Notes: a model not told the origin generated them from the sequence alone. A DNA stretch of 64,000 bases from an uncultured Chloroflexia bacterium (GCA_963726245.1 CAVSBT010000025.1:32001-96000), one strand, 5' to 3'; shown: positions 12,711 through 24,840, numbered from the stretch's first letter. Translations and numbers: made by a program.

Positions 12711-13977
12711 GTGATCAGCGTCGAAGAAGCGCTGGAGCGCATCCTCAGCTACGTCAGCGTCCTGGAGCCCGAGGAGAAGCCCATCCTCGACGCCCTGGGC
12801 CAGGTGCTGGCCGAGGACGTCACCTCAGACATCGACATCCCACCCCTGGACAACACCGCCATGGACGGCTACGCCGTCCGCGCCGCCGACACCGCCGGCG
12901 CTACGCCGAGAGCCCCGTCAGCCTGCGGGTGGTCGGCGAGCTGGCGGCCGGCTACGTCTACGAGGGCGAGGTGGCGCCCGGCGCCGCCGTCCGCATCATG
13001 ACCGGCGCGCCGCTGCCGCCCGGCGCCGACGCCGTCGTGCCCTTCGAGGAGACCGAGGAGCGCGGCGCCCACGACTTCGGGCGCTTCAGCAAGGCCGTGG
13101 ACTCGGTGCTCAGTCTGCAAGGCCGCCCAGCCGGGGGCCAACGTGCGCCGGGCCGGCGAGGACGTGCGCCGCGAGGCGCTGGTCATGCGGCGGGGCGCCA
13201 TCCTGCGGCCCGCCCAGATTGGCGTCCTGGCCTCGCTGGGCCGGGCGACGGTGCGCGTCATCCGGCGGCCGGTGGTGGCCGTGCTCTCCACCGGCGACGA
13301 GCTGGTGGAGGTGGGCCGGCCCCTGCGGCCGGGCGCCATCTACGACAGCAACACCTACAGCGTCGCCGCCATGGTCATCCAGAACGGCGGCATACCCGCG
13401 CTCCTGGGCATCGCCCGCGACACGGTGGAGGACCTGACGGCCAAGATCCGCCAGGGGCTGGACGCCGACATGCTCCTCACCTCCGCCGGCGTCTCGCGCG
13501 GCGACTACGACGTGGTGAAGGACGTGCTGGCCCGCGAAGGGGAGGTCGACTTCTGGACGGTGCGCATGAAGCCGGGCAAGCCCCTCGCCTTCGGCACCTT
13601 CGACAGCGGCGGCCGTCGCGTGCCTCACATCGGCCTGCCGGGGAACCCCGTGAGCTCGATGGTCACCTTCGAGCTCTTCGGGCGGCCGGCCATCCTCAAG
13701 ATGATGGGCAAGAGCCGCTGGCAGCGGCCGACCGTCCGCGCCATCGCCGAGGACCGCATCGCCAATACGGACGGACGGCGGGTCTTCGCCCGCTCCGTCG
13801 TCAGCCGAGCGCGACGGCCGCTACTACGCCTCGCTGACCGGCCCGCAGGGCTCTGGCGTCCTCACCTCCATGTCGGCGGCCAACGCCCTGGCGGTGGTCC
13901 CCGAGGACGTGCCCGCCGTGGAGCCCGGCGAGGAGATCTCCGTGATGATGCTGGACTGGACCCAGGGCGAGGCCTGA
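12711..13977 (+). CDS. moeA: Molybdopterin molybdotransferase MoeA (frameshifts near 12908, 13115, 13805)
   Basis: [53 protein letters not shown]. Confidence 0.93.
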
Positions 13978-13990
13978 CGAGGAGGGAGCG

Positions 13991-14653
13991 ATGCCTCCTG
14001 TTGTCTGCGTGGTAGGACGGGACGGGTCCGGCAAGACCCGCGTCATAGAGGGCATAGTCCGCGAGATGAAGGCCCGCGGCCATCGGGTGGCAACTGTGGC
14101 CCGCAGCGACGAGGGGCCGGCTCTCGAGGCCGTCACCAAGGACACCGCACGCTACGCCTCCGCAGGCAGCGAGATGATTGTGGTGAGCTCGCCGGACGCC
14201 GTCACCGCCGTGCGCCGGGTGGACGAAGAGGCCTCGCTGGACGAGCTCCTCTGGACGGTGGGTGAGGAGTACGACCTGATCCTCGCCGAGGGCTTCCCGG
14301 AGTGCGGATTCCCCAAGATTGAAGTTCACCGAGCGGCGGTAGGCGGCGGCCTCATCTGCCGCAAGGACGAGCTCCTCGCCCTGGCGAGTGATACGCCCCT
14401 CGACATCGACGTGCCCCGGTTCGGGCTGGAGGACGCCGCCCGCCTGGCCGACCTCATCGAGGCGAAGGTCCTGCCCACCGTCCTGGCGGAGGACGCCTCG
14501 GTCTACGTGGACGGGGTCCATCTGCCCACGGCCCTCTTCGTGCGCAAGATGGTGGCCGGCACCGTGATCGGCATGCTCTGCAACCTGAAAGGCTTCGGCC
14601 GGCCGCGCAGCCTGCGAGTGGACGTGCGGATGCGTCGCGAGGGGAAGGGCTGA
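13991..14653 (+). CDS. mobB: Molybdopterin-guanine dinucleotide biosynthesis protein MobB
   Basis: P-loop VGRDGSGKT, DLILAEGF, PKIEV; adjacent to moeA. Confidence 0.85.
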   Translation: MPPVVCVVGRDGSGKTRVIEGIVREMKARGHRVATVARSDEGPALEAVTKDTARYASAGSEMIVVSSPDAVTAVRRVDEEASLDELLWTVGEEYDLILAEGFPECGFPKIEVHRAAVGGGLICRKDELLALASDTPLDIDVPRFGLEDAARLADLIEAKVLPTVLAEDASVYVDGVHLPTALFVRKMVAGTVIGMLCNLKGFGRPRSLRVDVRMRREGKG

Positions 14654-14659
14654 GGATCG

Positions 14660-15295
14660 ATGAAAGGCGCTTCGGTTCTCAAGGTCACCGCCGCGTTGAG
14701 CGCGACCACGATCGCCTACTTCAAGCTCGGCCGCCCCTGGGTGCTCAACTGGGGCGCCACGAAGGAGGAGGCCGAACGGCCGATGCCGGGCGATGAGATC
14801 CTGCCTGATGCCGCTCTGCAAACGACGCGCATCGTCACTATCGACGCGCCCCCGGACCACGTCTGGCCGTGGTTGGTCCAGATGGGGCCACGACCACGCG
14901 CTGGCGCCTATACCTACGACTGGATCGAAAGACTGGTGGGGATCGACATCCAGAACACGGACCGCCTCCTGCCCGAGTACCAGCACCTGGAAGCCGGGGA
15001 ATTCCTCGCCCTCAACAAGAAGGGCAACGGGATCATGGTGAGGGACGTGCAACCGCGACGCTTCCTCGTCTTGCAGTGGATGCCCGCAAAGTCCACGTGG
15101 GCGTTCGGCCTCTATCCGGAGGACGGTGTAAGGACGAGGCTCGTCTCGCGGAACCGTTTGCCCGGCTCGGGCCCGCTATTCTGGCTGGCAATGGTCGCCT
15201 TCATGGAGCCGGGCTCCCTGGTTATGGAGCGGAAGATGCTCCTGGGCATCAAGCAACGAGCGGAAGCGCTGGGGGTGAAAAGAGCAGAGCGTTAG
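14660..15295 (+). CDS. Hypothetical protein, SRPBCC/START-like fold
   Basis: WGATxEE..PMPGDE, TIDAPPDHVWPWLVQMG..RAGAYTYDW, VMERKMLLGIKQRAE. Confidence 0.7.
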   Translation: MKGASVLKVTAALSATTIAYFKLGRPWVLNWGATKEEAERPMPGDEILPDAALQTTRIVTIDAPPDHVWPWLVQMGPRPRAGAYTYDWIERLVGIDIQNTDRLLPEYQHLEAGEFLALNKKGNGIMVRDVQPRRFLVLQWMPAKSTWAFGLYPEDGVRTRLVSRNRLPGSGPLFWLAMVAFMEPGSLVMERKMLLGIKQRAEALGVKRAER

Positions 15296-15346
15296 ACCCT
15301 AGACGTCTGGTCTGGCGGGAGTTCCTTACGTCGGGCCGGGGGGCAT

Positions 15347-16127
15347 TCACGTCACCGGGGGTTGCGTCAGAAGATCGACCGCGCGACCGGGGTCCCTGCC
15401 GAGGTCGCGCTTCCCCTGACAGCCAGGCGCGACACACCGAAACCACCATCCGCGCGACGAGCGCGCGAGAATCATTGGCTTCTTACAGCTCTCACACGGC
15501 TCCGCGCGACGCACCTTCTCAATGCGGGAGTAGAGGTCACGGTTATCGACGAGGGTTATGCCGATCGTCTGTGCCTCCTTGCTCGCCGGCTCAGTGAAGT
15601 CCGAGAGGGTGACAAAGATGCCGGCGCTTGGCGGTAGGGCCTCGCGCATCAGTGTGCCCGCGAACTCGCGCACCTCTTTGACGCCCACAGGGGTAGACCA
15701 CCATCGCTTGCACTGGACGATCACCCGCTGCCCACCGCGGACCAGCTCAAGGTCGATGTTGCCGTCTGGGGCATCCTGGCGGCCGGTCTCTTGGACCGCC
15801 CACCCCTCACGCCGGAAGACCTCCCCTACCAGCCATTCGAACTCCTCCGCGGTGAGGAGACGGAGGTTGGTGGTCCATTCGACGAGATGACGGCGTCGGG
15901 CGGTCTGCGACTTGCACCGCGAGCCAGTCGAGGATCACAAGCCCCGCGGCCGTGGTTCCTATGATGTTCGCCGTGACAAGGCCCAGCACCGACCAATGGA
16001 GTGCCAGGGGTAGCGTCAGTCCGCCGCCCGCGTAGAGGAGGAACGCAAGCGCCGCTGCGGTGCGCCCGGAGATCCGGGTCACCACAGCCCAGAGGATTCG
16101 TTCGAAGAAGTCGTCGGACTTCGACAT
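15347..16127 (-). CDS. Mrr-like PD-(D/E)xK restriction endonuclease with N-terminal TM helices and C-terminal Zn ribbon (frameshift near 15900)
   Basis: LTAEEFEWLVGEVFRREGW...DGNIDLEL..IVQCKRW..VGVKEVREF..GIFVTLSDFT; C-terminal CESC/CVAPGC; hydrophobic N-terminus. Confidence 0.8.
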
Positions 16128-16212
16128 GGTCGTATCATACTAGACAGTTGAGGTCGCTGGAGCGGCTCGCGCACCACCTCTGGTGTCGGCCGCTGGCCCT
16201 TGGGGGCGACTG

Positions 16213-16527
16213 CTAGAACCTGACCTCGAAGGTGGTGTGGCCACGGGGCTCGTCGGACCACGAGGCCTGCACGTCATCGACGCGGGCCCCGTAGGGGCCC
16301 TGGCGTAGGAGCTCCAGCAGCTGGTCGAGCGCTTCGGTTGGCCCCTCGGCCTCCACTTCGACGCTGCGGCCGTCGTCACCGTTGCGCACCCAGCCCGTCA
16401 GGCCCAGGGAGGCCGCCCGCGACCAGACGAACTGGCGGAAGCCGACGGCCTGCACGCGACCCCGCACCAGGGCGTGGAGGCGGCGAGCCGCCTCGCGGCC
16501 AGTGTCGGCGGGCTGAGCCTCACCCAC
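16213..16527 (-). CDS. acyP: Acylphosphatase
   Basis: VRGRVQAVGFR, LTGWVRN, VEVEAEG, GPYGARVD. Confidence 0.93.
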   Translation of the reverse strand: MGEAQPADTGREAARRLHALVRGRVQAVGFRQFVWSRAASLGLTGWVRNGDDGRSVEVEAEGPTEALDQLLELLRQGPYGARVDDVQASWSDEPRGHTTFEVRF

Positions 16528-16537
16528 GGTGGCCCCC

Positions 16538-17623
16538 TCACTTGTCCGGCGCGCCGCAGGCCCGGCGCACCGCCTGTCGGACCAGGGCAGCGGGCACGTC
16601 GTCCCGGAGCACGGGGCGTCCCACGTCCTCGAGCAGCACCCAGCGCACGGACCGGCCGCTCACCTTCTTGTCCAGGGCCATAGCTGCCAGGACGCGCTCC
16701 GGGTCGATGCCCGGCGTCTGCCGCGGCAGACCGAAGGAGGCCAGCACGGCGGCCTGGCGCTCAGCCACGGCCGGCGGCGTCACGCCCAGCCGCTTCCCGA
16801 TCTCGGCGGCCGCCGCCATGCCCACAGCGACGGCTTCGCCGTGGAGGAGGGCTTCGTAGTCGCCGGCCGCCTCCAGGCCGTGAGCCACAGTGTGGCCGTA
16901 GTTGAGGATGGTGCGCCGTCCCGTCGTCTCCCGCTCGTCCTCGCTCACCACCTGTGCCTTGAGCTCGACGTTGCGACGAACGACGGCCGTCGTCACCTCC
17001 GGCTCCAGGCGGCGCAGGTCGGCGGCGCGGGCCTCCAAGGTGGAGAGAAGGTCGGGGTCGATGATAAAGGCGTGCTTCACCACCTCCGCCCAGCCGGAGG
17101 TCAGCTCGCGGGCCGGCAGCGTAGTGAGGGCCGAGACGTCGGTCACCACCAGGCGCGGCTGGTAGAAGGCGCCAACCAGGTTCTTCGCCTCGCTCAGGTC
17201 CACCGCCACCTTGCCGCCGATGGAGGCGTCGACCATGGCCAGCAGGCTGGTCGGAACGTGCACCAGGGGCAGGCCCCGCAGGTAGGTGGCGGCGACGAAG
17301 CCGGCCAGGTCGCCTACCATGCCGCCGCCCAGGGCGACGACGGCGTGGCCGCGCTCGACGCGACGAAAGGCCAGCCACTTGTAGAGGCGAGAAGCGGTGG
17401 ACATGTTCTTGCTGGCCTCGCCGGCAGGCACGACGCAACTGTGGGCCTCGAAGCCGGCCTGTCGCAGTGAGGCCAGGGCGGCCTCTCCATAGTGGTGCCA
17501 GACGTTGTCGTCGCTGATGACGTGGGCCGCGCCCGAGAGGCCCGCCTCGCGCAGGCGCTCGCCCAGGCGAGCCAGGGCGCCCCACTCGACGTATACGGGA
17601 TAGCGGGCGGACTCGGCGTTCAC
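16538..17623 (-). CDS. aroB: 3-dehydroquinate synthase
   Basis: GEASK, LGGGMVGDLAGFVAA, PTSLLAMVDASIGGK, LNYGHT, LHGEAV. Confidence 0.96.
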   Translation of the reverse strand: MNAESARYPVYVEWGALARLGERLREAGLSGAAHVISDDNVWHHYGEAALASLRQAGFEAHSCVVPAGEASKNMSTASRLYKWLAFRRVERGHAVVALGGGMVGDLAGFVAATYLRGLPLVHVPTSLLAMVDASIGGKVAVDLSEAKNLVGAFYQPRLVVTDVSALTTLPARELTSGWAEVVKHAFIIDPDLLSTLEARAADLRRLEPEVTTAVVRRNVELKAQVVSEDERETTGRRTILNYGHTVAHGLEAAGDYEALLHGEAVAVGMAAAAEIGKRLGVTPPAVAERQAAVLASFGLPRQTPGIDPERVLAAMALDKKVSGRSVRWVLLEDVGRPVLRDDVPAALVRQAVRRACGAPDK

Positions 17624-18235
17624 CCAGCAGGCGCCCTCACCGGCTTCGTGGCGCTGGTTGGCTCGCCCGACAGCCGGTCCGGGTCACGCGCCGCCCGCGC
17701 CGAGAGGCGGTGCCAGGCGCCGACCACCTCCTCGGCTACCTGGGGCAGATCGAGGCTGTCGGTGTGGACGGTGTAGTCGGCCAGGGCGTAGAAGGGCTGG
17801 CGCCGCGCCTTGAGAGCCCGGATGCGGCCCAGGGGATCGGGGCCCGTCAGCAGAGGCCGCTCGGTCGCCGAGCCGCCAGCGTCGCGCAGGCGCCGCCACA
17901 GCACCTCCGGCTGGCCCTCCAGGCAGACGACGAAGACCGCCATCCGCCATGAGGCGCCGGTTGGCGGCCGACTGCACGATGCCGCCGCCGGTGGCGACCA
18001 CCACGTCGACCTGGCGGGCGGCCTCTCGCAGGGCGTCGGCCTCCAGCTCGCGGAAGCGCGCCTCGCCGTCGCGGGCGAAGATGTCGGGGATGGAGCGACC
18101 GCTGCGCTCCTCGATGATGTCGTCCGTGTCCAGGGCGCGCCAGCCGAGGGCAGCGGCCACCAGCCCTGCCACGGCGGACTTGCCGGAGCCCGAGAAGCCG
18201 GTGAGGAAGATGCGACGGGGACGCTGCGCACTCAT
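17620..18235 (-). CDS. aroK: Shikimate kinase (frameshift near 17940)
   Basis: IFLTGFSGSGKS, DTD, IFARDGEARFRELE, VATGGG, RPLL. Confidence 0.92.
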
Positions 18236-19417
18236 GCGGTCGAGGGGCCGCCGCCCCTGGGCCCGATCGTCTTCAGGTAAGCATCGTAGTTGCGCCGGGT
18301 CTCCTCGACGTGGTCGCCGCCGAACTTCTCCAGCAGCGCCTGGGCCAGGACGATGCAGACCATCGCCTCGGCGATGACGCCCGCCGCGGGCACGACGCAG
18401 ACATCGGCGCGCTCGTAGTGGGCCGGCACCTGCTCGCCGGTGGCGAGGTCGGCCGAGGGCAGGGCCCTGGGAATCGTCGAGATGGGCTTGAGGGCGGCCC
18501 GCGCCACCACCGGCTCGCCGTTGGTCATGCCGCCCTCTGTGCCGCCGGCGCGGTTGCTGGCCCGCCGCCAGGGCCACTCGCCCCAGTCAGCGATGGGCAG
18601 GATGACATCGTGAACCTGAGAGCCGCGCTCGTGAGCCAAACCGAAACCGCCACCGATCTCCACGCCCTTCACCGACTGGATGCTCATCAGCGCCTGCGCC
18701 AGCAGGCCGTCAATCCTGCGGTCCCAGTGGACATGGCTCCCCAGGCCGATCGGCACGCCCGTGGCCCACACCTCGAGCACGCCGCCCAGGCTGTCGCCGT
18801 CTTTGCGGGCGGCGTCGATGGCCGCGACCATCGCCTTCTCCGCCGCCGGCTCGGCGCAGCGCACCGGCGACCGTTCGACCGCCCGCCAGTCCGGCTCGCC
18901 ATCCACATGCGCCTCCGCGCCGCCGATGGCGACGGTGTGGCTGTGCACCCGCACGTCGAACTCATCCAGCAGCCGCCGGCAGACGGCGCCCACGGCGACA
19001 CGAGCCGCCGTCTCGCGCGCGCTGGCCCGCTCGAGGACGGGCCGCACGTCGTCCTGGAGGTACTTGATGACGCCGGGCAGGTCGGCGTGGCCGGGACGGA
19101 GGTGGGTGACCTTCTCGACCGGCCCCGTCGCTGGCTCGACGGCCATGACCTCCTGCCAGTTCGCCCAGTCGCGGTTCTCGATGCTGAGGGCGATGGGGCT
19201 GCCCAGGGTGAGGCCGTGGCGCACGCCGGCGATGATCTGCGCCCGGTCCTGCTCGATCTTCTGTCGCCGGCCGCGGCCGTAGCCACCCTGCCGGCGGCGC
19301 AGGTCGGCGGCGATGTAGTCTTCGGAGAGAGAGCAGCCCCGCCGGCACGCCCTCGACGACGGCCACCAGGGCCTTGCCGTGCGACTCGCCTGCGGTGAGG
19401 AAGCGCAGCATCCCCAT
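18232..19417 (-). CDS. aroC: Chorismate synthase (frameshift near 19330)
   Basis: LRFLTAGESHG, RPGHAD, ERASARETA, GGTEGGMTNG, KPISTI, ERAD. Confidence 0.95.
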
Positions 19418-19434
19418 TCCCCTAGCCTCCCGCT

Positions 19435-20286
19435 CTAGCCTGTCAGCGCCTTCCGAGCGGCCTGGAACATGATCTCCACCGGCGCCTCGCGGCCCGTCCA
19501 GAGGCGAAAGGAGGCCGCCCCCTGGTACACCAGCATGGCCAGGCCGCCTGCCGTGCGCGCGCCCCGCGAGCGGGCCGCCTGCAAGAAGGGCGTCTCCTCC
19601 GGGTTGTAGACCAGGTCGAAGGCCAGGCAACCAGCCGGTATGAGCTCCGCCGCCACCGGCGACTGCCCCTCGGCAGGGCCGAAGCGCATGCCTACGGGGG
19701 TACAGTTTACCAGAAGCCCGCACTCGCGCAGCGAGCGCCGGAAGGCGTCGTCGCCCCAGTGCGTCCAGGTGATGGCGGTATCCGGCGAGGTCAGCCCCTT
19801 CAGGTCGCCCGCCAAGGCCTCGGCCCGCTCCGGAACGGCGTCGGAGAGCGAGATGACGCTGGCCCCGCCTTCGATGAGGGCCAGGGTCACGGCGCGGGCG
19901 GCGCCGCCTGCGCCAAGGACGGCCGCGCGGACGCCCCGAACGTCGAAGCCGGCCTCGCTGAGGGCGCGGGCGAAGCCCGCCACGTCGGTGTTGTGGCCGG
20001 TGAGACGCCCCTCACGCCGGACGATGGTGTTCACGGCCCCCGCGCTGGTGGCCACGGGGTCCAGCTCATCCAGGAAGGGGATGACGGCCTGCTTGTGGGG
20101 GACGGTCACGTTCGCCCCCAGGCAGTCCTCGTCGCGCAGCGAGGCCACCCGCTGCTCGACCTCCTCGGGCCGGGTGTCCCACAGCTCGTAGCGGGCGTCG
20201 AGGCCGAGGTGGTCCAGGGCCGCCTGCTGCATGACCGCCGACAGGGAGTGCTTCAGCCCCTGCCCGATGAGCCCGACGCGTTTCAT
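19435..20286 (-). CDS. aroE: Shikimate dehydrogenase
   Basis: HSLS, GANVTVPHK, GAVNT, NTD, GAGGAA, DLVYNP, MLVYQG. Confidence 0.96.
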   Translation of the reverse strand: MKRVGLIGQGLKHSLSAVMQQAALDHLGLDARYELWDTRPEEVEQRVASLRDEDCLGANVTVPHKQAVIPFLDELDPVATSAGAVNTIVRREGRLTGHNTDVAGFARALSEAGFDVRGVRAAVLGAGGAARAVTLALIEGGASVISLSDAVPERAEALAGDLKGLTSPDTAITWTHWGDDAFRRSLRECGLLVNCTPVGMRFGPAEGQSPVAAELIPAGCLAFDLVYNPEETPFLQAARSRGARTAGGLAMLVYQGAASFRLWTGREAPVEIMFQAARKALTG

Positions 20287-20290
20287 CCGC

Positions 20291-21373
20291 TTAACTCAAG
20301 CGCTGGTACTGCTGGACGTTGCGGAGGTGCTCCTCCAGGGTCTCGGCGAAGGCGTGGCTGCCGTCCGGCCGGGCCACGAAGTACAGGTAGTTGGTCTGCG
20401 CCGGATGCGCCACCGCCTCCAGCGAGGCCAGGCCGGGGTTGGCGATGGGCCCCGGCGGCAGGCCGCCGTTCACGTACGTATTATAGGGCGAGTCGACTTG
20501 CCCAGGTCTTCCGTGGTCAGCGCCTGCTTCCAGAACCCGAAGCGTTCGACGCTGGCGGGGTCGCTGGCCAGCGCGTACTGGACGGTGGGGTCCGCCTCCA
20601 GGGGCATGCCCAGGCGCAGTCGGTTGAGGAAGACGCCGGCGATGATGGGCCGCTCCTCGGGCAGCACCGCCTCCCGCTCAACGATGGAGGCCAGGGTGAC
20701 GGCCTCGTGCAGGGTGAGGCCGGAGGCCTGGATCGCCTGGCGCAGCTCCGGCGTCACCTGGGCGTCGAAGGCGGCGAGCATCCGGCGCACCACCTCCTCG
20801 GCCGTCACGCCGCGTGAGAAGCCGTAGGTGGCCGGGAACAGGTAGCCCTCCAGGCCGGCGCCGGGCGGCCGCTCCGCCAGGAAGGCGAAGTCGTATGCCT
20901 GCAGAGGCCAGGGCGCGCCGGAAGTCGTCGGCCTTCACGATGCCCTCCCGTTCCATGAGCAGCGCCACCTCCTCGGAGCGCAGGCCCTCGGGCACGGTCA
21001 CCATCAGGGGCATGGTGACGCCCTGCCGCAGGCGGCCGATGACCTGGAGGGTGGGCATGCCGCGGTCGAACTCGTAGCGGCCGGCCACCATCTCGTTCTC
21101 GACGCCCATGAGGGCCACCAGGATGCGGAAGAGGCGGGCGCTCTCGATGACGCCGGCCTCCTCCAGCCGCCCGCCGATGTCGCCCGCGCTCTCGCCCGGC
21201 GCCACCTCGACGCTGACGACGTCCGTGCCGGAGGGAGTGGGGAGCGCGGGCAGGGAGGGCTCGTTCTGGAGGACGGCGCCGGGGGTGGCGGAGATCACCC
21301 AGGCCGCCAGGCCAACCGCGACCAGGGCGGCCGCGGCGATGGCCAGGGGGAGCAGCCGGCTGCGGCCCATCAC
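20291..21373 (-). CDS. mltG: Endolytic transglycosylase MltG (frameshifts near 20900 and 20500)
   Basis: [50 protein letters not shown]. Confidence 0.92.
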
Positions 21374-21878
21374 CCCTGCGAGGCGGCGTCGGGCGCCGGC
21401 GGCTGTCCAGGTAGGCCTGGAGGATGAGCGTGGCAGCCAGGGCGTCCCGTGCCCCCTGGCGACGCTCGGGCGCCGCCGCTGCTCGCTGGCGCGTTGGCGG
21501 GCGTCGCCGCCGTCTGCCGGCGACGGGCTCGGGAGGCGCCAGAGCGCGCTCGGCGGCGACGGTGCTCAGCCGCTCGTCCCACATCTCCAGCGGCCGCGCG
21601 ATGGCCTCCGCCAGGCGGCGGGCGAACTCCTGCGTGCGCTCCGCCTGCGGCCCGACGCTGCCGTCCATGGAGAGAGGCAGGCCCACCACCACGACCTGGA
21701 CGTCCTCGCGCTCCACCAGGTCGGCCAGGGCGCGCAGGTCGGCGTCCTCGTCGCGGCGCTCCAGGGTTTCGAGGGGGACGGCTACGCGGCCGTCGGGGTC
21801 GGAGATGGCGAGGCCGATGCGGCGCTCGCCGACGTCCAGCGCCAGTACGCGGCCGGACGGCTGCTCGTCCGGGCACAT
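21370..21878 (-). CDS. ruvX: Holliday junction resolvase-like / pre-16S rRNA nuclease YqgF (3' end approximate)
   Basis: LALDVGERRIGLAISD, VVGLPLSMDG, WDERLST, DALAATLILQAYLD, found within ORF 20805..23015. Confidence 0.92.
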
Positions 21879-21879
21879 G

Positions 21880-24710
21880 CTAGCGGCCCTTCGGGGGAGG
21901 AGCCCTTCCCCGGGGGAAGGGCGGACAGGCTCTCCCGGGCCAGTTTGCGGGCCAGGCCCAGGGCCTCCTCCAGCCGGCCGGGGTCCTTGCCGCCGGCCTG
22001 GGCCATCTCCGGCCGGCCGCCGCCGCCGCCGCCGGTGACGGCCGCCACCCGCTTCACCAGCTCGCCGGCGTGGAGGCCGCGGGCCGTCAGGTCGGGCGTG
22101 ATCATGGCGACGAAGTTGGGCCGCTCGTCGAAGACGGCGCCCAGCACCAGCACGGCGCTGCCCAGGCGGTCGCGGAGCCAGTCGCCCGCCTCGCGCATGA
22201 CCTCGAAGCTGGCCGCCGGCACCTGCCCGGCCACCACCGCCGCGCCGTCGACGCGCTCGGCGCCGGCCAGGAGGGCCTCGGCGGCGCGACGGGCGGCGTC
22301 GCGCTCCAGCGCCTGCGCCCGCCGTCGCTCCGCCTCCAGCTCCTCCAGCAGCGACGCCACCTTCGTCTCCAGGTCGGCGGGGGTGACGCCGACGCGGCGG
22401 CTCAGGCGCTCCAGGAGGTCGCGCTGGGCCTGCGCGTGCTCCTCGGCGCCGCGGCCGGTGACGGCCTCGATGCGGCGCAGGCCGGCCCCGATGCTCTCCT
22501 CCCGCACGATGAAGAAGCTGCCAATCTCGCCCGTGGAGCGGCAGTGGGTGCCGCCGCAGAGCTCCATGCTGTACGCGGCCGCTGCTCCTCCGCCTGCTCC
22601 GGCCAGCCCGGCTATCTCGACCACGCGCACGCGGTCGGCGTACTTCTCGCCGAAGAAGGCGAGGGCGCCGCCGGCGATGGCCTCCTCGTAGGCCTTCTCG
22701 GCGGGGTGGACCTCGATGTCCTCGCGGATCCTCTCGTTCACCAGGCGCTGGACGGCCGCGATCTCCTCCGGCTTCAGCGCCTCCATGTGGGTGAAGTCGA
22801 AGCGCAGGCGGTCGGGCGCCACCAGCGACCCCGACTGGCGGACGTGGGTGCCCAGCACGCGGCGCAGGGCCGCCTGGAGGAGGTGGGTGGCCGTGTGGTT
22901 GCGCATGGTGTCGCGCCGCTTCTCGGCGTCCACCTGGGCGACGACGGCGTCGTTGACGGCGATGCGCCCCTCGACGACGCGGCCGCGGTGGACGGCGACG
23001 CCCTCCCGCGCCCACTGCGTGTCCTCGACGGCGAAGCGGCCCGCCGGGCCGACGATCTCGCCCTGGTCGCCCACCTGGCCGCCGCCCTCGGCGTAGAAGG
23101 GCGTCTCGTGGAGGACGACCTCCGCCTCGTCGCCCTCCTGGGCCGCCTCCACGACCTCGGCGCCGCGCGAAGATGGCGGCGACGGTGCTCTCGTGGCGGA
23201 GGGTGTCGTAGCCGACGAAGACGGGGCTGGACCTGCAGAGCGTCGCTGGGTGACCTGGGCTGAGCCGCTGTCAGCGCTTGGCCTGCCGCCCGCAAGGTGG
23301 CGCTACCGGTGCATAACCCTGGCCGGCCGCTTGAGCCCGCTCGCGCTGCTTCTCCATCTCGCTCTCGAAAGCCATCCTCATCAGACGGTGAAGCCGCGCT
23401 CGCGGGCGATCTCGCGCGTCAGCTCGATCGGAAAACCGTAGGTGTCATGCAGCAGGAAAGCATCCTCGCCGCGCACGATGCCGCGCTTCGCCGCGTGCCT
23501 AGCCGAGAGCTTCCTCTAGGATCTTCCAGGCCCCGGCTCAGCGTCTCCTCGAACCGACTCTCCTCAGGCGCAAGGACTGTCCCCGCATGAACTTCCGTTG
23601 GGCGTCCAGCTCTGGGTAGGCCGAGCAGCATCGTCTGCACGGCGGCATCGGCCACGTCGGCTAGAAGTGGCTCGCTCCAGCCCCAGGTGACGGCGGCCGT
23701 AAGTAGATCGCCCGCCGCATGATCCGCCGCAGCACGTAGCCGCGGCCCTCGTTCGAGGGCATGACGCCGTCGGCGATGAGGAAGGCGGCGGCGCGGGCGT
23801 GCTCGGCCACGATGCGCATCGCCCGGTCCGTGGCCGCGTCCTCCCCGTACTTGCGTCCCGATAGCTCCTCCACCTTGGCGATGATGGGCCGGAAGAGGTC
23901 CGTCTCGTAGACTGAGGTGCGGCGGTCCGGGTCCGGGTTCTGGAGGACGGCGGCCCAGCGCTCCAGCCCCGCGCCGGTGTCGATGTTCTTCTGGGGCAGC
24001 GCGGTGCGGGAGCCGTCCTCGTGCTGGAAGTAGGTCATGAAGACCAGGTTCCAGAGCTCCAGGAAGCGGCCCACGCCGTGCTCGTCGCGGCAGTCCACCT
24101 GGGGGTGGCAGGTGCCCTTCTCGCACTCCGGGCAGCCGGGCGTGGGGCCGAAGTCGTAGTAGATCTCGCAGCAGGGGCCGCAGGGGCCGACGTCGCCGGA
24201 GAACCAGTAGTTGTCCTCCTCGCCGTAGCGCACGATGCGCTCGGGCGGCACCCCCACCTTCCGCCAGAGGTCGAAGGCCTCGTCGTCGTCCAGGTAGACC
24301 GCCGTCCAGAGGCGGTCCTTGGGGAGGCCGATGACCTCCGTCACCAGCTCCCAGGCCCAGGGGATGGCCTCCTCCTTGAAGTAGTCGCCGACGCTCCAGT
24401 TGCCCAGCATCTCGAAGAAGGTGAGGTGGCTGCCGTCGCCCACGCTGTCGATGTCCGACGTGCGGAAGCACTTCTGGACGGTGGTCAGCCGGCGCGAGGG
24501 CGGCTGGGCGCGGCCCTCGAAGTAGGGCTTGAACTGCACCATGCCCGCCGTCGTGAAGAGGAGCGTGGGGTCGCCGAAGGGCACCAGCGGCGAGCTGGGC
24601 ACGACCTTGTGCCCCCGCTCCTCAAAGAAGCGGAGGAAGGTCTTGCGGATGCGGTCGGCGCTCCACTCGCCTGCCTTCGCGGCAGGCGTGGAGGCCCTTC
24701 TCTTGGCCAT
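21880..24710 (-). CDS. alaS: Alanyl-tRNA synthetase (several frameshifts, low-quality stretch ~23150-23700; 3' end approximate)
   Basis: [81 protein letters not shown]. Confidence 0.95.
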
Positions 24711-24840
24711 AATGATACAGCCCCTCTATCGGCCTGTTGGAGGCAGGCCTGCCTGCCGGTAGGCAGGTCCGGGGGCCGCCCTATCGAGAATTGTAGGATG
24801 CGCTCCGAGCAGGGGTCAAGGATTGGGGGAGGCCATCCAC

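Noticed and set aside
15285-15350. Integron attC site (GTTAGAC) between the islet genes
   Set aside because: No matching R''/L-box inverted structure and no integron integrase. The Xer-type recombinase at the window start is the housekeeping one.
23150-23700. Possible insertion or intein in alaS
   Set aside because: AlaS motifs ([22 protein letters not shown]) can still be traced across frames; this is a locally error-dense stretch.
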